The notes under the pieces: model-generated
What the model saw: only the letters and a program-made list of their open reading frames with translations
Told to the model about the DNA's origin: nothing
Database searches by the model: none
Shown here: piece by piece, positions 36,036-47,317 of the stretch
How the letters are laid out: each line of letters starts with the position of its first letter
Position numbering within the stretch: position 1 is the first letter of the stretch
Program-made: the position numbers and the translations under genes
Source: Antedon mediterranea
Taxonomy: Eukaryota > Animalia > Echinodermata
Assembly (NCBI RefSeq): GCF_964355755.1
Contig: NC_092670.1
Coordinates: 31,856,388-31,920,387 of the forward strand
DNA: 64,000 bases
Reading direction: 5' to 3'

Positions 36036-37766
36036 TTATTCTATTATTTCTAAGTATAAATTGTCACTGTCATTATTATCATCATTGATGATTTCATTGC
36101 TGTATAGATGTGTTGTTGTTATAGGCTGTAAGTAGTCTTGCAGAGTATCCAATGATTCATTAATGACATTGAAGCTACCACCATAACATTCATTTGTGAA
36201 AACCTCAATATGTTCCGTTTTGTTTTTACCAGCCCTGTTTACATTTTGGAAGGGAATTTCCATATCTTCGTGTGTATCTCTTACTACTTCTACCTGCTTA
36301 CTGGTTGAAGGTTCATCATCGTTGCTAATGCTATAATATACCTCTTCAGCTTGTTTTTTGTCTATCGTATTTTTCCTTGTAGATGTGAACGTTTTATTTT
36401 GTGTCTTCTTAGCCTTCTTTAGCAAATTTGTTGAACTTTTCTCGTCATCGTCGATGTCATAATAAAGTTTTTCTTCTTCTGGGCGTTGCTCTAGTTTAAT
36501 CGTTTTTATAATGTGTGAAGGTTGTACAATCTCTGTTATGCTATCGGTTTCTTCAGTTGTTAGGCTTCTGGAGGTTTTAACAATACTACTTCTTTGAATA
36601 TGCATTATATTGTTTGGCTGTTTCTCATGTTTTCGTATGAAAAGCAATACAAGTACAACAATAATTAGTATTCCAGATGTAGTTGCTAGTATTATAATTA
36701 CTAACTCTTTGTTGGCTATATCTTTACTGTTCTTCACTTGGTTGCTGAGTTGAGAAGTACTAGTTGTATGCAAAAATGATGTTTGTGAAGGTGTATAACC
36801 GGTTAAGGCGTTTGTACTTACAATCTCCGTTTGTTGTGATGTATCATCTTTAACTATGAAATCTGTCTCACCAAAGTTGTACTGATCATCTGTACTCACC
36901 AAACATTTGACATTGTAATTCCCAGCTGTTAAATTATTGAAACAGATTTTGTTTCCGCAATCACTATCAGTCACCTTGTCACTATTTAATCTCCAATTAA
37001 ACACTTGTTTGCCATATCCATGTAAAGCTAGACATTTAAAGCAATTTTTATCAACATTGTTGATTGCCACCATTAATTGTGGATGAATCTTAAAAGTCAA
37101 TGTGTAACACCGATGGATTAGACTATCGGGGGTTAGGAATAAGGAAAGACAATAAAAGAATAAACCTTCTCCCCTTTGAAAACCCCTGAGTGTTTGATTA
37201 AAACTTACAGTCTCAGTGTCCGTATTACATTTAAACGACTGTGTAATGCTGTTGTTCCCTTCAATCCATCCTATGGTCATTTCATAATTGCGGTAATGTT
37301 TGGTTGAGAATGATATAAGTTTGCATGCGATTGTTACTTCCTCTCCTTCTATGAGGTACTCCACTAAATCTTTACAGGAAATTCTCCAATCGAAATAGTT
37401 CTGTATGCCTGTAGTTTTTAGGCTGACGCTGTATGAAGGAATCACAAAGTATTGGTTATCATCGTCTTGACACGTGTATATCCCTTCTTCTGACTGTGTA
37501 TTATAAGAAATAAATACTTCGCATTTGACTTTTGTAAACTTTGATCCCGAACGTTTTTGTAAAACTTTGTCGTTAACAGTAAAATTACCATAATATGAAA
37601 CGCGAAAATCATATTCTTTACTTGATGATATGATGCTCAAAGATTGTGACCAGTGTCGACTTGAAGTAAAATAAAAATCAAACTCAATAATTTTTTCTTC
37701 TGCACCAATATCTTTGACAATCATGAAACTGACAACCATAAGACACGTATTTAGAAACGGCGTCAT
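36036..37766 (-). CDS. Single-exon type I membrane receptor, copy 5 (576 aa, intact)
   Basis: Signal peptide, same Cys/Trp scaffold (EGIYTC, EGEEVTIAC, GEGLFFYC, NLTAGNYNVKC), TM LVIIILATTSGILIIVVLVLLFI, tail with EKLYYDI, EEVYYSI, DYLQPI, LYLEIIE. Confidence 0.85.
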   Translation of the reverse strand: MTPFLNTCLMVVSFMIVKDIGAEEKIIEFDFYFTSSRHWSQSLSIISSSKEYDFRVSYYGNFTVNDKVLQKRSGSKFTKVKCEVFISYNTQSEEGIYTCQDDDNQYFVIPSYSVSLKTTGIQNYFDWRISCKDLVEYLIEGEEVTIACKLISFSTKHYRNYEMTIGWIEGNNSITQSFKCNTDTETVSFNQTLRGFQRGEGLFFYCLSLFLTPDSLIHRCYTLTFKIHPQLMVAINNVDKNCFKCLALHGYGKQVFNWRLNSDKVTDSDCGNKICFNNLTAGNYNVKCLVSTDDQYNFGETDFIVKDDTSQQTEIVSTNALTGYTPSQTSFLHTTSTSQLSNQVKNSKDIANKELVIIILATTSGILIIVVLVLLFIRKHEKQPNNIMHIQRSSIVKTSRSLTTEETDSITEIVQPSHIIKTIKLEQRPEEEKLYYDIDDDEKSSTNLLKKAKKTQNKTFTSTRKNTIDKKQAEEVYYSISNDDEPSTSKQVEVVRDTHEDMEIPFQNVNRAGKNKTEHIEVFTNECYGGSFNVINESLDTLQDYLQPITTTHLYSNEIINDDNNDSDNLYLEIIE

Positions 37767-37929
37767 GATTGTAATGTTTTCAGTAAGCTGATTTTTAAAT
37801 GTGCGCCTTGTTGTTAAGAATGATTAATTAAACTGAATGTTTCATTCCATAACAGGAAACTAAAACCAAAGTAAAACGCGTTCATATTTTAAACCTTTTT
37901 GTATTTTGTTCGTGGTGATTCTATTTATG

Positions 37930-39270
37930 AAATTGAAAGTTTGCATCAACATAAATGTCAACGTTGATTCAACGTAGAAATTATCAATGTTGAAACAACG
38001 TAAAAATAAGTAAAACGTTGAAATAACATCAGAAAATTGTTGAAAATGAAAGTTTGCATCAACATAAATGTCAACGTTAAATTTAACGTTGAAATTATCA
38101 ACATTGAAACTTGAAACTTATAGTGTGTGGGTACAAATTACAGGCTAATTTTCCTCTTGTGACTAACAGTCAGTTATGCTGCAAAACACAGAGTGGTACT
38201 AAGGTTCTTTTTTTAACCAATTTTCCTTCAAAAACGTTTACAGATGGTGCGTTTACTAAGTCATATGGCAATGCGTTCCAGTGATTTATTATTCTCAAGC
38301 TAAAAAAAGTGTTTTTTCAGTTCCAAACCCTTCTTCATTACAGGCTTATATAATTTTAGATTATGTCCACGGGTAATGCTATCCGTATGTAGGCCTAAGG
38401 TAAAACATATTGAAGAACTTATATCGACTTTTCCTGTAAGTATTTTGTACGTTTCAATTAGGTCTCCTCTTAACCTTCTGACTACTAGTGGGTAGATATT
38501 TAATTCTTGAAGCCTCAATTCGTATGGTAGATCTTTGATACCACGTACAAGCTTGGTGGCTCTTCGTTGTACATTTTCCAACAATTGGATATCTTTCTTT
38601 TAGTATGAGCACACAATTTTCCAAATGAGGTCTAACATAGGATCTAAATAAAATGTGAAATGATTCGCAATCAATCAATTCAAAGGTTCTTCTAATAATG
38701 CGTAGGTGAGTCATTGCTTTCATGCTGCTTTTGTACATTGGGTGGAAACTTTACCGTCGTCTGAAATCCAAACTCCAAGATATTTTTCTTCCTTTTTTCA
38801 GACCATTTATGAAATTTTTGTAAGATCATCTTGCAATTTATTAAAGATAAGGCTATTTGTATATGATTGAAAGTATAGATTAGCGTAGTGTCATCTGCAA
38901 ACAAGTGTATCAACATCATCCAGTAAATCATTGATATAGATCAGAAATAACAATGGGCCAATTACTGAGCCCTGCGGCACTCCACTCGTTACATCCAACC
39001 GCTTTGACTGACCTTCTACAACTATAACTTGTTGTTTTATACCTGTCATTGATTCAATGTTGAAATTATTACCGTTGAAACTACGTAATAATTTAGTTGA
39101 ATATGAAAGTTTGCATCAACGTAAATTTCAACGTTGAAATTATTAATGTTGTTTTAACATTAAAATTATAAACGATGAAATAACTTCATAATTTAGTTGA
39201 ATATGAAAGTTTGCATCAACGTAACTTTCAACGTTGCTTCGACATATAAATTACCAACGTTGATTTAATA
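37930..39270. repeat. Degenerate tandem repeat (gaaagtttgcatcaac...tcaacgttga) split by a LINE fragment
   Basis: Units at ~37935, 38048, 39105 and 39205 flank the RT fragment. Confidence 0.6.
38200..39045 (-). mobile_element. CR1-group LINE 3' fragment
   Basis: [59 protein letters not shown] across broken frames. Confidence 0.85.
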
Positions 39271-40169
39271 ATGTAAAAATATTATACTTAATTCAATGTT
39301 ATCCGCAAACGCAATGTATGATATTAAATTATTAATTAGATTAGCTTGTTTCTTGTGTAATTTTAATTGTACAAGTTTCTTTTTATTTTATATATCAAAC
39401 ACGAGATCGGCGAGAACGTCCAAAAAACTATTAGAATTGTTTTGCGTAATGTTTTGTAAATTTATGAATACTTGTTTTTATAGTATTTATAGAATTGCAT
39501 GGCCATTAAAAACCTGATCTAATGTTGCAAATATTTTAGAAGTAAGTTAGTTTGTGATTAATTATATCTGCTCATCATAATATCATGCAATAATAATGCC
39601 AAAAGTCTTTTTGTTTGTTTTGAAAATCACTTTCTAATCTGATAGAGACCTGCCATAATTATACAAAACCTCTACAACCCCTATTCAGGTGTTGTAACCT
39701 TTCTGTAAGGATGTTACTATAATCATTATAATGAAACTATATGAAGACAATGTTACAACAAAAGCAATTATACACAAATTACGCAGAAAAAATATCGTTT
39801 GATAATTAAGTTTACTACCATGGAGCTTTACATTTAGAAATCTAGGAGAGGACACATTGAGCTCGCCTTGCCAAAATAGGAACTCATAACAGTCCTTTGA
39901 TCTTACGCCAGGCTGCGACTAATACCAACAGTACTACTAATATATACTGTACATATTCTCCACACCGGGCGATGTCTGTTAAGGAGGTTAATATTTGTTG
40001 TTAGATTGTCTTGCTTATACACAGTAAAGAAATAATGCAGTTTTGATTTTGTCAGCGTGTTGATTTTTCTCTCAAAATATTTATTTTATCTTATATTATT
40101 TTATATTAATTGAATTTATTATCTAAGTTATAGTACTTTAAACTGATCGTAAGATGCATGTACCATTAC

Positions 40170-40874
40170 TTTACAGCTCACTGTGTTGGTCGGTTGGTTG
40201 GTTGGTCGGTAAACACTATACTTGTATATGACCTTATTTTGATATCAGTTTAATCTAGCTAAGTCAATTTTTCACAGTATATTATGGCCAGGAATCGATG
40301 TGGTTATGTTTTCACGGTGCACAATAAAAAATAAAAATGTTTAAAACGGAACGGTGCCGTCTTCCGTTGCGCGAAACGGAACAGGTGTGAATGCCCCTTT
40401 ACGCGGTCTACGCACGATTTAACGAAATCACGTTTGTATCATATCTTCACAAGCATGATTCACAATTAAATAAAATTTGGTACTCATAAATTTCAGGGCA
40501 TAAATAATCATATGGCAATACAATTACGTGCGTAGCGCATGTAATTTTGTTTCGATGAAATAACAGTACGTTTCAGGCAATTTTAAGCGTTTAAGAAATT
40601 GTCATGAGTGCCCTGATTTTTGCACGCACACTGCGCGTTAAATGTAACACGCACTCTTTTTGCCCGATTTCTGTTTTCTTGACTTACTTTTCAACTCGAA
40701 ATTACGTTATACGAGCACGTAAAAAGTGACAGGCTACGCACGTGTAAATAAAAAAAAAAATAAATGTTTTTAAACATTTTCAACATTTTTAAACATGTTC
40801 AGCAATTTCAGTCGGTTGGTCGGTCGGTAAACACTAACTTGAACACGCGAATGCAGCCATCTATATGACCTTGT
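40170..40874 (+). mobile_element. HINE-like repeat, copy E
   Basis: Same core and 3' end as copies B and D; carries a short foreign insert at ~40335-40398. Confidence 0.7.
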
Positions 40875-42919
40875 TCTTAGCACAATTCAATTTAGGTTTG
40901 TTTTTTTTTTAAACTAATTTTGGACTGCAACATTATTTAACCACTATAATTATAAGCTTTCAATAGAACTAAATTCACTTCATTTTTCAGTTACGTTATG
41001 ATATTCAACTTTAAATGTACGTAGCCTACAAGCCAAGAGACAAAAGGTTATGTAAAACAAACTTTACTTCTGTTGTTATTACGAGAGCACTAATGTTTCT
41101 TTCTGCGAATCGACTTTGGACAGGATCAATGTCATTTTGTTTAAACTTGTTAGGGTGTCATTCGTTTCTTATATATATTTATATATAAGTCAATTATTTC
41201 AACTTGTTATTATAGTATTAGTTGTTAATACAAAATTCCTAAATTAAAGGTAAAGGAAGATAAAAAGAAAGATCCCATATAGTATAGGCCCTAGTATATT
41301 TTGAAGATTAAATTTATTATATATTTTGAAGACTAACATTTTGTTGTCTGATATTAAATTATTAATTAAAATTAATTAGCTTGTTGTTTTTTTTTTTTTT
41401 TTTTTTTTTTCAATTTTGTACAAGTTACTTTTTATTTTATATCAAACACGAGATACTTTTATTTGTATTACTGTATTGCGTCGGGGAGTGTAATTGCGAG
41501 TAAATACCGTAAATCTTCTAATTGTAACCCTGGGTTATTATTCTTTGATTGTTTTTTAGGGTGGGTTACTATTAGGAGAGGGGTTACTATTAGAGTAGTG
41601 GGTTACTATTACTAATTTAGGCACCTGGAAATAGTAACCCACCCCCAACTTTTCCGGTTAGCAACTCATAGCAAAATAATAAAAGTACGAATAAACAAAT
41701 TTGTTTGAACTCTAACTATACTTTAAACACCCCTTCCCCCCACTCTCGAGATCAATATGCATTATTATTCAAAATACGGCCGCATCATAAACGATCAATA
41801 GTTTTTGTGACTGTAATAGTAATAGTCTAGTAGGAAGGAGGGGTTACCGTGCACCCCCATGATGTATTTTTTTAATGTACATTTTTGTAATCCTGAATAT
41901 ATGTAATTAACATTTTTTGATGTTCCCAAGACGAAATATTGTCCCATGGGGTTTTTTTGGGGCCATTTTGGTGGCCATCTTGGATTTATCAAAATCATAA
42001 ATATAGACGGTACTTGACAAAGACTGGTCATAGAGGTCTGATTTTGGTCTTAAATTGTTCAGAATATGCACATTTCTATGTACTATAATGAAAAGTTTTC
42101 ATTCAAAATGGCCGTAAATGCCACTTTTGACCTTTGACCTTGTTTTTACATAAGGGTCATATCTTGGTAACCCCTGGTCATAAAGATTTTATTTTTATCT
42201 TAAATTGTTCAGAATATCCATATTTATATTAGCTTTAATGGAACATATTTTTGAAATTTGACGAGAAATATCATGTTTGACCTTTGACATTATTGCATAA
42301 CGATTTTCGCAATAATTTAGACTATTCTTGTATTTGATCTATATCTTGACAACGAGTGATCGTAGAGGTTTGATTTTGGTCTTATATTGTTCAGAATATG
42401 CACTTTCCTATGTACTATAATAAAGCATTTTCATACAAAATGACCGGAAATACAACTTTTGACCTTTGACCTTGTTTTTACATAAGGGTCATATCTCGGT
42501 AACCAATGGTCATAACGATTTTATTTTTGTTTTAAATTGTTCGGAGTATCCATATTTATATTAGCTTTAATGGAACATATTTTTGGAATTTAGCGGGAAA
42601 TATCACTTTTGACTTTTGACATTATTTCAACCCGAGGGTCATATCTCGGTTACCCCTGGTCATAAAGACTTTATTTTTGTCATAAATTGTTCAGAATATC
42701 CATATTTATATAAGATTTAATGAAATACAAATTTTGACCTTATTTTCACCTGAGGGTCATATCTCGGTAACAAATTTTGTCTTAGATTGTTCAAAACATA
42801 CATATTTCTATCCACTCTAATGAATATTTATTTAAAACAATGATTTATAGATGAGGGCGTATCAATTTGATCTCTGGTGGGCGTGCGTACAACTGAGGAC
42901 TAGTTGTGTTCCAACCGTA

Positions 42920-42966
42920 CCACGCCGACGTTTCGATCAATATGCTTTGATCGTCCTCAGGAGTGA
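42920..42966 (-). ncRNA. Minimal type I hammerhead ribozyme, Penelope-type
   Basis: Minus strand: cactc-CTGAGGA-c-GATCAA-agcata-TTGATC-GAAAC-GTC-ggcgtg; complete core, 6-bp stem II, palindromic ACGT stem III, imperfect stem I. Confidence 0.65.
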
Positions 42967-43349
42967 GGACCTCAATTTTCACAGAATTCTTATATAGTAA
43001 GAATTTGTCTGTTTTCAAAATAAAACTATGTATATGTAGGTCTACATAAACTACTCATTCAAAACCCATTTATCAAGTTACTACAATAGATGTTCAGTCA
43101 TCGTCCACCTCAAATTCAATTTCTTGTTCCTCATCTTCATACTCTTTCAACTCCATGGCCGTTTTCTCAACTAGATCAATAAGATGGGCTGAAAGAATAG
43201 GACCGCATGACCAGACTATCCTGTCACCATGCCCTTGTAGTTCATTCATACTAGTGTGATCTTGTTTTAATGATTAAATGACAGTTTGGCACGCCATACA
43301 TCAGGACATTTCCAAATAAGAGGAAGTGCCTTCATCTAACCCTCTAAGG

Positions 43350-43870
43350 TCAAATGTATAGAGGACATATTCCTGGTCAACTTCATGATATACAAATTTA
43401 TGTTTCTGTCAAGCCCCGTCAGACTGAGATTCTGACCGCCGTAAAACGTTTAGAAGCATGCACTGCTGAGATTAGGACATGGATGGCCTTAAACTTCCTC
43501 AAGCTTAATGAAAAGACCGAGGCGATCGTATTTGGAGTGGAGTTGCGTGTTCAATTTAAGATACTGCTGGTGCTCCGATGCATAACTAGTTGCGCCCTCA
43601 AATACCTCTCAGAATGATCGACAATCAATAAGAGAAAGCGGGAACTAAGATCTAGTCATCAGGTGCTACTGGACATTCAGAGGCGCAAACATAGTTGGGG
43701 AGATCGGACTTTCAGTATTGCTGGACCTACAGTAGGTTCTGGAACAACCTATCTTTGAACATTAAACAAACATCATTATTGAGCACCTTTAAGGCACTAC
43801 TCAAAACTCACATTTTCTGATATTTTTGGTAGCACCATGAGCAATGACTGTTGGAATGGCGCTATATAAA
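43350..43870 (+). mobile_element. L2-clade LINE 3' fragment
   Basis: DIQIYVS..RLEACTAEIRTWMALNFLKLNEKTE and an L2-like tail gcaccatgagc...ggcgctatataaat. Confidence 0.7.
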
Positions 43871-43989
43871 TCGAGGGAGGGCCTACAAATGGGGATAGCA
43901 TAGCTGAGTGAGGTACCACTCAAAATTAATGCCAAATGAACAAGTTGTGTTCATACAATACTAAATGGGTAACGACAGACTAATTGTCT

Positions 43990-44392
43990 GCTGCACCGCA
44001 AGTGCCAGACACCCTAAAGTTCGACTAGAGACCCCCTTCCCACAACTGGCCTAGATTAGATATTGTAGATACCACCAGCAGCCAATGTTATAATTTAGCA
44101 CATTGTAAGAAATACCAAATGACCTATTACAGACTATCTGTACACTGCCTTGGCCCTGGCAGACCCCTCTAAAGTTCGACTAACGACCCCCTTCTTCCAA
44201 TTAGCCTAGCTTAGATATTGTAGATATCACCAGCAACCAATGTTATATGATTTAGCACATTGTAAGGAATACCAAATGACCTATTACAAACTATCTGTAC
44301 CCCGCCTTGGCCCTGGCAGACCCTCTAAAGTTCGACTAGAGACCCCCCTTAGTATACCATACGTAACCTTAGATATTGTAGACCACCAGCAA
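43990..44392. repeat. About three tandem ~155-bp repeats
   Basis: Recurring agaccc..ctaaagttcgacta..gaccccctt...tagatattgtaga..caccagca at ~44007, 44160 and 44318. Confidence 0.7.
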
Positions 44393-44439
44393 TCATCAAT
44401 GCCAACATTAAAAGTCTTTCGGAGCTTATGGCCTTGTGA

Positions 44440-44815
44440 AACACTCATCCACTAAATGTAAAAATTTGGGTCCGATATTGGTCTTTATGTTCTTGCTGTA
44501 CAGAGGATTGAACCAAATGATGTTTCTGTTCTGTTTCGGGTTTTCTTTTTGGTTGCTTGTTCAGGTGTAGCTCATGTTCATATCCATTATTTCTAAGTGC
44601 TTGTTGGTACTGAGGTATTGCTGCATTAAACGAATTTTCATCGGATGAGATGTTTGAGAGTCGTTTATTTATTGCTAGTGGTATATTGCGTAATTGATGG
44701 CCGATGATTACTTTCACGGTGTACATATAATGGCGTATTGTTTGGTTTGGTGTATATGGGTGGAAGGTACCTGTCCTCAGATCGAGTGTCAAGTCAAGTC
44801 AAGAATACCATCCAC
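44440..44815 (-). mobile_element. Penelope-like element RT thumb/linker fragment
   Basis: LDLTLDL..GTFHPY, NIPLAINKRLSNISSDE..YQQAL..NGY, then [17 protein letters not shown] in a shifted frame. Confidence 0.75.
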
Positions 44816-46360
44816 GTGTAAAATACAATTATCCCCTTTTCTTTCCCTAAATTTTCCATTATTTAATGAAGAATAGAATTTGATTAGAATGTATTTTTGT
44901 AGCCGTCTATCAGAACTGTTTCCAAAATAAATTAAGATTATGAAGATGTTGACATTAATTTTGTTATTGTCTCTTCCAATTGGACAATAAACACATTCTA
45001 TTGGATAAAAGTTGTTTGCAGGCCTAAAAGTAGCCACCTTTAATTATGAATAATTATGTAATGAAACGTGTTATCAGACACTTTTTTTTAATTATTTATC
45101 AGATACTTTACATTTTACCTTTTTGTTTGACTTTTTTCTAATTTGAGAATTGTTAAGAATTCTCGCATTATATGTAAATTATAATTAGATAGGGGTCAAA
45201 GGTAAAAAAGGGACATTTATTCTCAGTTTTTGAGGATAAATCATCATTAGAGTGGATAGCATGTATATTCAACAGTTTTTTATAAAGTCTGTAATTTTCC
45301 CTTTTTCTCAGCATGTTGTTATTTTATTTTAATACATCTTTTAAATTTATTTTTACTTTAAAACAGAAAAAATTCTTACTGTATGAGAATTCTGTGGAAT
45401 GTGTTAAATGTGACAATTGATACGCCCTCATCTATAAATCATTGTTTTAAATAAATATTCATTAGAGTGGATAGAAATATGTATGTTTTGAACAATCTAA
45501 GACAAAATTTGTTACCGAGATATGACCCTCAGGTGAAAATAAGGTCAAAATTTGTATTTCATTAAATGTTATATAAATATGGATATTCTGAACAATTTAT
45601 GACAAAAATAAAGTCTTTATGACCAGGGGTTACCGAGATATGACCCTCGGGTGGAAACTAGGTAAAAGGTCAAAAGTTGTATTTCCTGCCAACTTTCAAA
45701 AATATGTTTCATTAAATCTTATATAAATATGGATATTCTGAACAATTTATGACAAAAATAAAGTCTTTATGACCAGGGGTTACCGAGATATGACCCTCGG
45801 GTTGAAATAATGTCAAGGGTCAAAAGTGATATTTCCCGCTAAATTCCAAAAATATGTTCCATTAAAGCTAATATAAATATGGATACTCCGAACAATTTAA
45901 AACAAAAATAAAATCGTTATGACCATTGGTTACCGAGATATGACCCTTATGTAAAAACAAGGTCAAAGGTCAAAAGTTGTATTTCCGGTCATTTTGTATG
46001 AAAATGTTTTATTATAGTACATAGGAAAGTGCATATTCTGAACAATATAAGACCAAAATCAAACCTCTACGATCACTCGTTGTCAAAATATAGATCGAAT
46101 ACAAAAATAGTCTAAATTATTGCGAAAATCATTATGCAATAATGTCAAAGGTCAAAAATGATATTTCCCGTCAAATTTCAAAAATATGTTCCATTAAAGC
46201 TAATATAAATATGGATATTCTGACCAATTTAAGATAAAAATAAAATCTTTATGACCAGGGGTTACCAAGATATGACCCTTATGTAAAAACAAGGTCAAAG
46301 GTCAAAAGTGGCATTTACGGCCATTTTGAACGAAAACTTTTCATTATAGTACATAGAAAT

Positions 46361-47317
46361 TAGTCTGGGCTCCAGACGGAGTTTTGTCTTAATATTAGGA
46401 AAAATATAAATATTTTTGCACATATGGCGTTTCATACGTGTATTACTTGAGTTTGGATACTCCGTCTGGGGAAACACGCACAAGTCACGTGGTTTGACAC
46501 CAAGAATTCTTGGTGCATACGATTATCCGGTTGACTAGTTTCAGCTGCATGTGATTGGCTACTCACTCGTACACTGTTTTAATATTCATATTTCAGAATT
46601 TCAAAGACTCAACATCTAAGCATGCGCTATATTACGTTTAGACAATGTGCACTTTGGGTACATTGATGACAGTTTCTGAAAGCTAGAAACGATTTTATAT
46701 GCCTAGTAGTCTGGTAAACATTTGATGGGATTTTTCCCAAGAACATGAAAACTCGTCTTGATATGATAGGCTAGCTTCTCCGCAAATCAAACATTGAATG
46801 GATCATTTATTATGCGGAGATAATTTAATTTATTTCCCACCCAGCCATACCCTGTCCTGTTCTGTGTGGTGGTGTAGCCCTGTTGTGTGCCGGTCGGTGG
46901 TGGTATGTACTTTATTGGCGTTCTATTTGGCAGGTCATACGTACGAGTTGAGTATCCCTACGAAGGAGGCCTAGGCCAGGACTAAACAATTAATAAACAA
47001 AACAACTTGGCAACACGATTTTATATTTCAACAGTTGTTCAGTCTCGATCGTACATTCAGCACTGTACGTACTCTATCTTTTTCATTTTGAAACAAAATG
47101 ATCATTGGTTGATTCGAAATCCATATTTACATACCGCCCGCCCCATATAGCCAAATACGGTATGATAACCTACGTCATTCTTATCGGATGTTTGCGGTCT
47201 CCAAATCGATTTCGATACGTGTTTCACAAGTCTGTATTTTCAGAGAAAAATCGCGGTCGAAATAAAAACAAATAAATATAAAAAAAAGACAATAAATACA
47301 GACTTGGGGCAAGTCTA
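46361..47317. mobile_element. Non-autonomous DNA element, TAG...CTA termini, 9-bp TSD (possibly AcademH-related)
   Basis: CATAGAAAT at 46352-46360 and 47318-47326; the empty site is visible in the opposite TIR arm near 42070. Confidence 0.8.

Noticed and set aside
41795-42031. Twin ORFs here and at 47367-47585
   Set aside because: Mirror translations of the two TIR arms with no protein features.
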